Assembly (NCBI GenBank): GCA_030141605.1
Contig: JAQGDQ010000059.1
Coordinates: 310,001 to 374,000, forward strand
Origin: Tubiluchus corallicola
Lineage: Eukaryota; Animalia; Priapulida
DNA length: 64,000 nucleotides
Direction of reading: 5' to 3'
The notes below the pieces were generated by a model that ran no database searches, was not told the origin of the DNA, and saw only the letters and a program-made list of their open reading frames with translations. Numbering within the stretch: position 1 is the stretch's first letter; every line of letters starts with the position of its first letter. A program made the position numbers and the translations under genes. Shown piece after piece: positions 24,988 to 38,100 of this stretch.

Positions 24988-27900
24988 GTAAGTCTCAAAG
25001 TTTTACCGTCGATTATTTGTTTTTCACAACGCTGAGTGAATGAGTTAAAAGTTTAGGCACACTGGAGCTGTTGATCGTTTGGGAAAGTACTAGCATACCG
25101 CCTTTCTCGTAAAAATCTGGTCACGCGTTTTGCTAGACTACTAGGTCACGGCAGTCTGCATAGTACTGTTTAGTTTATAATTATCAGCGGTGGACTTGCT
25201 AGTCCCGACAATGTCACTTTATTTGAGTGTCATAAAGTTAAAGTTACCACTATCCCATAAAAGTGCTAGTTTTTTTCTTTGGAATAAGGTAATGAAAAAA
25301 AGATTTTTTTCTTAAATTGTAATCAAAATGAAAAAAATTATTATTTGCAATAACTGCCTTTGGTGCATTGCTGCACGTTGCTTAACTGTAAAGTGTTTTA
25401 TAGCTTAACTGTCTTTCTGTCCATCACTGTGCCATCCAGCTACAGAAAGAGTAAATATTTTTTTAATTAAATGAAGCAGTCCCAATTTAATTTGGCTGTT
25501 TGTAATAAGACCGACACCTAACTCATTATCAAGCCCTATATATTTCTGAGGTGTGTTACTCAATTATCATAACTGTCTTGGCCACATTCGTATGTGTATG
25601 CATTGTCCTTGTACAAGGTAAACAGTCAGAATCAGTTTGACACAAGACACCCAGAGCTAGTCTGATCAAACTGGTTCACTCTTTCATTCCCTTGCCAAAT
25701 TGCCTTAGCTGGCACACCGCTGTGAACAGGTGTTGTCCCTGTATCATACTTTTTCGAATCGTAGATCAGCCACATATTAAAGAAGTACATTTAGAGTCTG
25801 GATTTTTAATTCGTAATTGTTAACTAAATTTACTATAATTGGTCACAAGATTTGCTTAAATTAAGCAAAGTTACCTAGAATTTGAGCTGTGACTTAAAGA
25901 AACATCATAATGATCATATTATCAGTCTTTTTGCAAACTTTGCCATAATTAAAATCACAGTTAGTTTCCCAGGCTTGACTAAGTAGTAAGTACACAAGAT
26001 ATTTCTTTTCCTACTTAGAAAAATTCACAGTAATAGTATTTTTGGTGCACATTTTTATGGGTAAGTTACTTTTTATTCGTTATTTTTAGTTATTTTTTGA
26101 GGCTGGTTGAATTGAAATTGGGTAGTAACTTTAATTTCAAAGAATGGTGGTTGCCAAGTGCTTGGTCCATTGGAAATGTCCTATTTCCCTGACTTGCTTT
26201 GCACTATTGTAGCACTCAGGTTGTGAGCACTGTGTGTGTGTGACTATTTTGGAAATTTAGGAGCAGGAAGTATTTACCAGATAGTCTAGTTTTGTTTCGT
26301 TAAACTTGAGAATTCTGAGTCAGAGATTACCACAAACTCCTGGACTACATTTTAATGAGAAGCAGATTTGAGATGTTAAAATTGTAACTGGAGTATAGTT
26401 TCCACTGTGGGTGCTTAGAATTTTAAGTGTCTACATATAGATTTATGGGGCAGTGTGGTTTTATGAAGTTCTGATTTAAGTACCTATCAATGCTCAACCT
26501 ACTAATATTTTTAAGTGTGCTGTTGGAATTGGATTTGGAATTGTGTAGGTTATTTTTAGAAGTTGTCTTGTGTGCTTGGTAAGCTGTTTAGTAACTTTGT
26601 ACTGTTAAGCAGCACCAACCTGAAAGTTAATGGATGAGAAATGGTTATAGGGCATTTCTTCTGTAAATTGGGCCTGAGCTGTTTGGTGTAATTTAAAGTG
26701 ATATTTTAAGTGACAACTGAATTTAAGTAATAAAACCGCCTTGTAATTAATGGAGATACTATTCACACAGAGGCAATAAATTGTATAAAATTTTTAGGTT
26801 GGTGTTGCTATATTGCCTCCATAATGTCAGGAATAAAGGGAAATAGTATAACTATTACCATAAAAATTTGTGGAAAGCATGAACATTTGAGAGTGGCAAA
26901 GATGCCTTTCTTTGCTTCATTTTCTCATCTTGGAGGAGGTGGGGTCTGATCTTGTCTCATGTGTTGACATAATAAACAGAATTTGCCACTCAATGTTGCA
27001 TATCAGCTTGCAGGTTACCGAGCTTATTAAAAAACTGCTAGTATCTAGTAGTACAATAATTTCAGATTTTTTTACACAACCTGACAAAATATTTACGCAT
27101 TATATTTACATATATGAATTTTCATATTTGCTCTACATGCCCTCCAGCCATTTCCACTGACTTTGCATAAGGGCATATTGCCTTTGCAATCACTACCCTG
27201 ATGTTTAAACACCGTCATGGTCTAAGCCCCAGAATATAAAATATATCGTGTGTGTAAACACTTTCACTTAACCAAGGTATGATATCTGTGTATCTAGGCT
27301 TTAGATGGTCTGTACTTTTCTTGTACCTACTGGTTTTTATGAGTTGAATATGGGATAGGTACGAGTTGGGTTGTCTTTCTTCTGAGATTTTTCATTCCTT
27401 GGCACTGAGAATTTGAGATTGAGTTTAACCCTGCTAGTTTATAGAGAAGTTTAGAGAGAAATCTGTATTTTGATGCTTGAAAATTCTAAGAATTGATTTC
27501 TTAGAAGCCAGGGAGATAACAATCAAGTAAGTTAGAGAAATTTGCCATCAGTTTCAGAGCTGTGAATTGAAATGGCACGATAGGTGTAGCTCTATTTGTC
27601 TGAGCAGAAAAACAAATATTACCGTGACAAACCTTTATCTGGACATTCTTTTTTTCAAATGTTGTATCTTACTTAAATTGGATAACATTCAAGGATTTGA
27701 AATGTCATTCCATGCTTTTGAAATTGCTTGGTAACTCTATCAATTTTCTGGAGATAATGTATGAGTGGAAATTTGTATTTTGCTTAAATTTTTAATCTTG
27801 GCTTGCTTTCAAGTATAAATTCCTTAAATTATCACGTAAAAATGCCCACACTAGTTTTAGTATGTGTTAGTAGGAAGAATATGTACAGTGTTTGGCACTG

Positions 27901-29092
27901 TTTGCATTGTCAGCAAATTCCATGTTTAAATTTTCAAACATGGTTATTTTCGCAAAAATGTGAACAGGTTTAAGAAATTTTTAACCAGCTCCAGGATGTA
28001 GGCAATAGACAGTTCACCTTTTTTCAGATTTACCCTAGTAATTCTCAATTTATGTTAGGTCATTACCTTTACCTGTTTAATCCTATGATTATGTGTAATT
28101 TTGCCAAACTTACTGAGAAGTTAGTCTAGTTTTTCACTGGCTGCCATGACTGTGCATAGTCACTGCACCCTGATATCTAGGGTCAGGATTTTAATGGTTT
28201 TTGAGCAGAAAATTACTGGTCTAGCAGAAAATTACTGGTCTCACTGTGCTTAGTTCTTTGGCACATTTACCTGTATAACTGAATGAAGCACTTACTGTAC
28301 TTTTAGCAGAAAGTTGTTTCAAATCTTGAATAATACTGAAACGATATTTTCCTTATGATATACTGTAACTATTATATTCAACTGCATCAAGTGTTTTGAT
28401 TTTAATAACCTGTACTACTTACATATTATATAGGCGTACTCCGTAAGCCGTTTTGTTCGGAATACTAGTATTTCATGCATTCTTTCAGAAAGGGTGAAAG
28501 TGCGTGGTTTCGCTCTGCAGTTTAAAGGAATTTTTCTCAGAATCAATAAAGCTGTCCACAAGCAAGATCGTAAACATTCAGCTTTGGCGAGTTTTATTTT
28601 TTAAAGCTGATGAAACAACCTGATCATGAAATGAATTACTGGGTGTTACATGCATATGATGCTGTATAGAAAGCAACATAGTTATAAATTGTGCACCCTT
28701 AAAAACAAGATCTGCAAGTAAGCGGCAAAACCTGATCTTTACTATCAGCTGTAGGCATAATTTGCACTGCACTGTTGTGCCTCTGGCAGACAAATTCTTT
28801 AATACATATGTATCATCCATGGTGAATTGGTGAAACTCTTAAGTTTAAAAATTAACTGCTTTGTTACTGAGGAAAACATGTTCGTAAATTGTTAAACAAA
28901 AGACCAAGCAAACAAACAAAACATGTCAGTAGAAATGTTATGAGCTGGTATTTGACCTTTTTGCTCACCAAACTACAAACAACACTGTCTGTCCATTAGT
29001 AAGATGTTTCATTATGTTACTGTTATTTTTCTTGTCACGTTTGTGTTAAACGTATTCAGTATTGCAGGAAAGATTGAGAACTAATACTAAAA

Positions 29093-32000
29093 ATGTCTCA
29101 GACAAAAGATTTGCCAAAACCTGCAGCTGATTTCAAGGAAGAGCTGACCCATTTTGACTCCGCCAAACTTTCTCACACAGGTAAATGTCCCCGTGTGTAC
29201 GGTAGGCATTTTGTGACTTGTTATTACTGATCAAGAATGGTGAAAGGACAGCTGTAAAAAATATTTTAACTTTCTGCTTATACCTGTTTATTAAATACAG
29301 TTTTCTTCTTAATTAATATAAGCAATGTTGTATTTTCCCTTAATTATTAGCTTTAAGTTTATTGTACTCAACTATCAACAGGTTTGTTTTTCTGCTGGTT
29401 TATTATACTCTAGGATGTTGCAATTTGATGGTTTGTCATAGCGTTTACAAAATTTTGTTGAGTTAATTCTGATTAAGCCTTAAATTTACCTATGATACAT
29501 TGGTTCACTTAATTTAATTGCAATCTAAAACATCATGAACCACCACAATCTAAAATAAAGTTTTAATATTTTAGATTTCAGTGAAACTATACATCTATTC
29601 TTAAATTTTTGTAATCATTGTTGAGAAAGTTATTTCTGTTCTGATTACTTCTGGCATTTGCAAAATGTTATACCCTCCATTTTTAGACACTGTTGAGAAG
29701 ACTCCACTGGCACATGATGCTATGCTGTATGGTGTAGAGCATTTTCAGAAGGATAAGCTTCACCATGCTCAAACACAGGAGAAGAACATTCTTCCTGGGA
29801 AAGAAGGTTTGTATCTTATCTTTCTTTTGGTCTCCAATGTTCTGAATATAGTTAATTTGCAAGCATATTTAACGACTAAAAATTAATGCAAAGTTTATGC
29901 CAGTTTATGCCAATTTGTGCATAAATTTTGCAGGCATGTAAGATTAAAGGAAATTAGGAATGCATTTGATACAGGATATGATTGATTGTACTAAGCGGGA
30001 AGTAGTCACGAAAACATTGACAAGCTGTTTCCTTTTATTGCAGTTTTCACTGAATGCATGAATTTGTACTTGAAATTATGCTTTTGCCTGCTTCGTCTGT
30101 TTCCTTTATCTAAGTAACAGTTTGTCTTAAAAACTAACATGAAAAACAGTATGAGTGTGTGTAAATAGATCTCACATAATTACATGCTTTTAGCGTGCTA
30201 ATTGTCAACTTTGCTGCCTTTTACTTTTAACTTTTGATGCATGAGTGAGCTATTTAATATGATTTGCAAGTTAGGTAAGTTTGCTGCTTGGAAATGTTTC
30301 TTTTGCATGCTTCGTTTCCTATTGTTCCTACACAGATGTGGCAAAAGAAAAGACGCACCAAAACTTGCTGACTGGGGTAGAAAGCTTTGACAAAACAGTC
30401 ATGAAACCGACAGAAACAAAGGAGTCCAATCCACTGACACACGAAGGAATGCTGTATGGTGTAGAGCACTTCAAAAAAGACAATTTAAAACATGCAAAGA
30501 CACAAGAAAAGACAGTTCTTCCAGATACTACAGGTAACAAAACGCAATGAGGATAGGTGAATCCCTTTCAGCTTTTGAATGAATCTTTTGTGCATGGCCT
30601 TGCGATCCCTTATCTTTGAGTGACTAAATTTTGCAGTTGATCATCTTCGTTCTATTTGCATTTGTATACTAAGTTACTAACAGTTAGTCCTGGGTAATAC
30701 TGCTTTTGCCAAATACCAAATTAACAAACAACAAAGTCAAATCGAATTGACAACTAGCTATTCTTGCATGCTGTACACATAACAAAAAGCTTGAAGATCT
30801 TTGTTTTTGTACAAGCATCTACAACGTTTCACGTAAAAATAATTCGTGGCAGAAAATTGTCCGTTAATTATCTTTTTGATATTTGTGACTACAAATAGTA
30901 ATTGTTTCATAAAATCTGCAAGCAACCTGTAAAAAGGGGGATTCTGATGTACCCTCAAAAGTCTGGAGGATCACAGTCGTTACATATTAATTGCACTGAG
31001 TGAACACAGTTTGTTGGTCAGTTATTGTCCATTTCATTCCAATTATTTGCTTTCATCTTTGCTTTTGATACATTTATAATTGAACGACCCGATGTTTGCA
31101 GCTATCGCAGCAGAGAAATCGCAGCAAGAATTCATAGGTGGAATCGAGCAGTTTGACAAAGCCAAACTCAAACACACGGAAACTCAGGAAAAAAATCCAC
31201 TTCCGAGCAAAGAAAGTAAGTTTTAAAAACTAAATTGGTCAAGTCATTTAAATGTCATTCTTCTCTTAATCTTGAACTGTTAATCTTAAAAATAATTGCG
31301 AATCTTTCCTGTTTGTTGTCAATGAGTTAGTTGTATTGGTTTTGTGTTTTGCATAATGTATACCATATAAAGTCTTGCAACGATTGTCATGTTCTGTGGT
31401 ATCAATTAAATCAACTGTAACTTTAGACTTTTGTGTTGGGCTTTTGCTAGGACTTCATGAACGTAATTTGTTTCTGCTATATATATCTTTCACAAAGTTT
31501 TTTGCTGTTCGATTGCTTTTTGTAACAGAAAACAGCTCCTAATAATTTTGTCATTTTTCTTTTGTGGCATTTCGTAACAAGCATAAAGAGGTGGCAATCT
31601 TTTATGGTTTTGTCTAGTCACTAGAATTATCTTTAATTTCTTACTTTCTTCTGTTCAATACATATTTGTGATGCATGTCGTATTATGTTTTCTTCAAATG
31701 TTGCTTTAGGCAGGGATGTTACCGAAACTGAAATTACAAACCGAAACCGAAATTTATGAAACATAGGAAGCTGATACTGAAATCATTTCTGGAAAACTAA
31801 CTACTATCAAAACTAAAAAAAACTCTGAAATAACCAAAATACTTTGAAATCATTTCTGGAAAACTAACTACTATCAAAACTAAAAAAACTCTGAAATAAC
31901 CAAAATATTTTGTTTTGTTTGTTTGCTTATATTTGCTCTGATACAAGCTTGGTGAAGTAGCTAGGCAAAAAATCCTTACGAAAAAAGTAGAACATTTATG

Positions 32001-33457
32001 GTTAAAGGTCATGTAGCTTCAAAAAGTTGACAAATTTTATTTTATAAATATTTTGTTGCCTATATTTCATAAATTATAAAATTAAACTTGGTTATATCCA
32101 AATTACGCTTTGATATTTCGGTTGATTGTGCCTGGAGATCTCAAAGCTTCACAGTCGTCAGCACTGAAGATATGCTGCATTGCCATAAAAAGCATGCTTA
32201 AATGGTACAAAAAGTTAAATAAACGATATGCTTTATTTGCACTATTTTAGCCAAAATTTTTCAACAATTTCAAACGTCTGGGAGAAAAAAAGGTAAGCTA
32301 GATAAATACTACCAGAACCTCGGAAATATTGCTACTGAAAATTAATAGATGAAAACGAAGCCCAACCGAAAGTGCAATTATCGGCAAACCGAAACGAAAT
32401 TTTCGTCGGTAACATGCCTGGTTTTAGGAGAGCATTGAATGTAGGTTATTTAGTGGTTTGAATGTTTATATACTAGTGCTATATATGCAATAGAAATTGA
32501 TTGCCTGCACAAATTTGCACTACTCTGTGACTTATTTTTGCACTTGGTTTTGTACAGCTTGTATTATGTGCGACTATTATCATATTCTTAAATATCAAAT
32601 ATTTTTCGTAATAATTTTTAAACCTATTTTTAATGGCATACATTGCTTATGTAGCTGAAGATATGAAGCTAATTCGTTCTTTTAAAATTTAAAAACTATA
32701 ATAACACCTGTCTAGTCATTATAGCCAAGTTTGCTTTGGCTATAATTTCATTTACTTGCTGCTAGATTATCCCTAGATGTTGTGTGATTGACAATCCAAT
32801 TAATGCATGCCTATGTATTTAGTACTTAATATATTAGTCTGTAAATACTTGCAGGCTAGCCCCTTCAACATGCACTTTTATGTTTTTCTTCTTTGCTTTG
32901 ATACTAACAAGTCGCAAAAAGTTGGCCTTGAAAGGACAGCTTTGTGTAGTTAAAGTTCATTGCACGTGCTGTGGAACGACACCTGTTTATCATAAGCTTT
33001 GCACGTTTGCGCTTCGTTCAAGCTTTCAGTGTGTCTCGATTTCAATGCTGCGTTGGTATATTTTGAAGATTGGAAAAAAATTCACCTATCAGATATTTTT
33101 TCATTGAAAAAATGCAATAATGAAATGAGCTATTTAGTAAATGATATTTACTGTTGGTGTAATAACTATGGTTCACTGTTTTTATCTGTATTGTCTAAAC
33201 ATTGATTCCTTTGTGCTTACAAATGTTCAGATATACACTGTATTAGAGAAGTTGTTTTTTCTACGAGTGCTTTGTTATTTTGCTCTTGATATTATAGTTC
33301 TTTTTATCATATTGAAAGTTTGCTTTCAGTGTTACCAGATTATTGAAGAGATTTACTGTGACATGTCTTTACTATACATAATTTTTGGGCCCTTATAGGT
33401 TTCATTTTCATACAGTGTTTTTTCTGTTTAGCTATTGCCCAAGAGAAGACCCTGTGA
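29093..33457 (+). CDS. Multi-repeat beta-thymosin (WH2) actin-binding protein, 5 repeats, 181 aa (ciboulot/tetrathymosin-like family)
   Basis: Exons 29093-29180, 29687-29806, 30336-30533, 31102-31215, 33432-33457 (546 nt), all phase-1 introns. The last repeat [30 protein letters not shown] is nearly canonical thymosin beta. AATAAA at 34337-34342. Confidence 0.93.
31711..32420. mobile_element. Non-autonomous hAT (Ac-like) element, 710 bp, in the last thymosin intron
   Basis: 15-bp TIRs CAGGGATGTTACCGA / TCGGTAACATGCCTG (1 mismatch), 8-bp TSD GCTTTAGG / GTTTTAGG, subterminal AACCGAA repeats, internal ~67-bp tandem duplication at about 31778-31908. Confidence 0.85.
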
Positions 33458-34718
33458 AGACTTAAAGGTTAGAAGCATTCCAGCCAGTATGACTAAGACA
33501 TGACTTCATCTAGAAATATGCATGCAATTATGGGGAGTATTTTCTTCCTGTCAGAGTCGCATTTTGTTTAGTCTAGATCTCTTAATGCTGAGCTATAAAT
33601 AGTTTATTAGAACATGCTGTTATTCTTTTGATAGAAATCACAACCACTGTTTGAAGTTTTGAAGTACTGAAACAGTTCATATAATTATACCCGCTATATA
33701 GCAATTTGCCTGGAAGTTTGAAAGTTGTGATATAATTGTGCACAAATAGAAATTGTTTATTTTCATGCATTAACATTACATTATACTTTGTTCAACTAAA
33801 TCATTAATTAAAATTACCATGATTTTGTAACATTAACAAACTTTGTTCAACTAAATCACTAATTAAGTTTCTATAATTTTGTAACATTAATTTTCACTTA
33901 AGCAAAGTGAAATTGCACATTCCCCAAAATTTCATGTGTATGATGTCGGGCTGGTATTGACATCAACGGAGACATTTAGTGACAGGTATTTTTATATTTC
34001 GGTGACTGTTTATGTAAGCTAGCTTCAAGTACATCAGATAAGTTGTCAGACTTTTATATATTTTCTATATGATATTTAGAATTTGGAAATTTCTTTAAAT
34101 GCACAATCATTACCATGTTCATTCTGATCCCGGTAGCTTAATTGTGATTAATCGTGTTTTATATAATGTGGCCTGTATATTTATTAAAACCTTGGAACCA
34201 GTGAATTCACTGTGATGAAACAAAACAATTTAGAGATCTAGCATTGACAATGACATTATTTTCCTGTTATATGTTAAACTATTGTAGATTGCATAAAATC
34301 TTGTCACTTGAGGGTAGAATTGAAAGTTGCATGTGTAATAAAATCATCTTGCTATAAACACTGTACAAAGTTTTTTTGTGGTTCAAAGGGCTTTAACTGG
34401 CTGCTTCTATTAAAATGAACCATCAGAATGTTCTAGCAACGTTATTGACTGCAAAGTACAACCACGTTACTTTTAACTATAACAGATTTGCACAGATTAA
34501 TTATAACAGCTACACAAAGAAAATGTTACTGGCCTATAGAGTAAATATATATTGGACAAAACGTCTGCACTAGGCTGTTTGAAAATTTGTTACCTGGCAA
34601 AATGTAACACATTTGTTGTTGGGCCATAGTGGTAAAAGCATTTTCACCTGATAAATTGGCTTGTAGCTCATAAGCTGACTTTGCCCATCTGATTAAAAAG
34701 CTGAGAAAATTTTTACAA

Positions 34719-34828
34719 GTGCGAAAGGCTATTCCATGTATCAGAGAGTGATACTGTGTAGATAACAACATGATTTAGAAGTTGTGCAAAAGGCTATTCC
34801 ATGTATCAGAGAGTGATACTGTGTAGAT
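34719..34828. repeat. 45-bp near-exact direct repeat between the convergent thymosin and DIS3 3' ends
   Basis: GTGCRAAAGGCTATTCCATGTATCAGAGAGTGATACTGTGTAGAT at 34719-34763 and 34784-34828. Confidence 0.9.
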
Positions 34829-35137
34829 TTAGATATTGCCGTAAATGCCCAATTTTATGAACAATTATTACTTCAGCTCCTGTTTCCCTCACATGCAGAA
34901 CAGTGTTAACACTTTGCACTGCTACACTGTTACATGGATTGTGCAGCAAACAGTAGCTGCCATTCAAATTTCATCAAGTACAGTGTTTTTACAAAAATTT
35001 CATACCATTTATTTTGCAACTTTCATTATTTACACAAACAATCTTGCCGATGTAGTTGTTCAACATCAAGTGAATGTTTGTTTCATGATGGCTAGTAGTT
35101 TGCGTAGATCACCATTTAGTTTTCTGTGTCTTTTTCA

Positions 35138-38100
35138 TTACCATTTAGTTTTCTGTTTCTTTTTCACTTGAGGTTGAGGTGATGCCCCGGTCTCCGGTAC
35201 TGTTCGTTTGTTAAGGGGAGGAACGCTCAACCCAGGAATCTGCATAAAAATCAAATAGTTTTTAACACCATATATTTTTTCTAAACTTATGTGCAGTATT
35301 ATGTGCAAGTTTTACAAACTTGATAAAAACATGATAGTGCAACGCCTGCTTTTTTAGCGCCATAAGCTTAAATTGTGCATTAAAACAAAGTTTTTACAAA
35401 TTTAATAAAAGGGAAGACTAGATGTTATGTGCACAAAAGTAGTATATCAACAACTAAATGTAAAAGTAATAACATTAAGGAGTTTGGTTTATTAGTAATT
35501 TAATATGAGGAAGGTAACGTTAAATGTACAAATACAGCACATCAAATATTTGTCACGCATGGTTAATAGACCTTGAAGCTGATGTGCCTCTGAATTTCAT
35601 CAGATGTCAATTGATTGTAAATTTTCTGTAAATGTTGTTGTCAGCATGATTAATAATCAGCCAAAATGTGCACATGAGAATGTTCAAGTGCACGTGACAG
35701 CAAAAGACTAAACAGGCAAAGATATACACATGTAAAGACGAAACTAAAAGTGAATTATAATCGAAGCGCATAGGCATAGGCATTAGTTGCAAAAGAAACA
35801 TGTTCAATCTTGTAAAATTCAACAGTAAATTCATTTCGCCAAGCTCTCAAAATGCTGAATTTCGTGTAATTTAAAATACAGTATAACATAGTTTACGAAC
35901 TTTCATCATTCATTTAACTAGTGCCACAGTTACGCATACACACTTTTTATCAGGCCAAATTACCCATATTACAGTGTACTTTACATGTATAAGGTTTTAT
36001 TGCATACTTTACCTTTGCCAGCCATTTGCAAATTAATTAAATACAGTTAAATTCAATGCAACATTCCTGGTGCTGCAAAAAAGTTGTTGGGCATGCGGAG
36101 TTGTTAGCATGTCGTGTTGACAGATCATTTTGTCCATTAAATGTATAAAAACAATGAGTCAGGTTTGGCATCCAGCTGTTTGACATACCTATGTACACTG
36201 GTAGCCTGCTAATGAAATGTTTCATCAAGTGATGAATCCTACCACAGTTACTTTGCTGCAAAGACTTTATACAAAGGTCAAACAGAAATTTTGTGCAAAC
36301 AAAATTGAGTGACTTTGTTGTCTCGAAGTAGGCCTTATAAAGAGGTTTGACTGTATGCTGCAAAATAGTTGACACTTGATAGCATCTTCTAAAAGTCCTC
36401 TATGAAGCCATACAATTTACATAATTTATACACTTATTATTAATATATGCTTGTCCATCTAGTAGTCTTATATATATATATATAATTAGCCGTGTATGCT
36501 TATAGAGTACCTCGGTTACAGAGTACTTTTTGTTGGGTCCTTAGCAGGTTTGGTATAATGATGGTGTACTGTAATATTTTTCTAAAATGTAAGAAAAGGT
36601 TGTTTAAAAGTTGTTATACATATAGGTGGGCTTCAGAATAGTTCTTCAAATTTCAGCCTACCTCGGGCTCTACGAGTGACACTTGCAGCTTCTGATGTTG
36701 AATGTTACTGCTGTCTACGCTAATTTGTACAGTGACAGGGTCAAAGAGGCACAGCTTCACATTACCTATAGTTTGCGTTGAAGCCTAGAAAGAAAAGTGT
36801 TAACACAGTTTAGTAGTTATCAACTATTATTGATGAAGCAGTATTTAAAGTACAGTTAGTTTAGCCACAATGGATGTGTCATAAAAATATATCCAAGCTA
36901 AGATATAGCTACTTATTTGAATAATACATCTGAAAGTTGCTCAGAAAATATAACTAGTTGAGTTACAGCTATAGTAATAGCAATGGTATATTGCAGATCT
37001 GTATCTAATATATCTGATTATTGAAATGTCAAAAACAAATTGCTTCACGCATTAGTTTACTTGACTTTTAATAACTGCATATCAGAGGTACAAAAATAGT
37101 GCAGTGAATTATTTTAACAAGAATAGTAATCCTTTTAATAAGAAATAAATTACTGCTTCATCATAGACAAGTGGTGGACAATCCTCAGACTTCAGCCAAA
37201 CTGTTCCTTCCAATCCGTATTTAGGTATGAGAACTTGAAGAGCATTTTTTCTGATGAAGAGTACATATCCTTGCTCATCAACTACTTTATTCTTGAAAAA
37301 TAGCTTTGAAAAAGAAAGTTGAAGACATGGTATCAGTGCTAAAATCACTTTTCCACAATTGGAAGCTTTACAAATTAGTATTCATTGATTTCAGAAAAGA
37401 GGAAATTTAATTAGGCCAAATTGGCAAATGTCAATCAACCAATGGGGTTCCATTCACAATGGCCAATCAAGTGATAGTGCCCGGAAAGGTTAGAAAGAGT
37501 CAGGCTGATAAGCTTCCTCAACCCAAAAAAACTGTCCGAGGGTAACTACAGCATAAAATAGCATTAATGTTTAGGTATGCTGCTTGTGTTCACTTTTCGT
37601 TATGTGCAAAATTGGCATGTACTTATTACACTTTTTATTCACTACATGCCAAATAAAGGATAGCAAAATACCACTACAGCAAAAAATAGCATTAATGTTT
37701 ATTAAAGTTGAACATACAATATTTGATTGACCTCTTAATTATTAATTACAAAGTTCATCTTGGGTAACTTATGTTGTTCAAACCCCATTACACCAGTTTT
37801 TTTTAGATTGATCATGTATAAATTTTATACCAAGGCACTGCAAACTAATATTGATGTAATGTAATTTAAAAAAACCATATAATTTTGTATGAGAGCTGAC
37901 ATTTTTCATTAGCGCACAGTATTTTGGTCATTGGATAACAACAGCCTTTTACCTAACATCCTGGAGTAATGCACATATCCTTGAGTGAAATTTTTGTGTC
38001 AATTTGTTTCTTGTAGTTCAGTAAGTTTAAGTGATACATTTTCTGGCAAACTTAACTAATTCCTTTTAAACGTGCATGCACTTTTCATGTTTTTTCCAGT

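Noticed and set aside
26100-27030. Coding-like patches in thymosin intron 1
   Set aside because: No continuous frame; at most highly decayed LINE fragments that cannot be classified.
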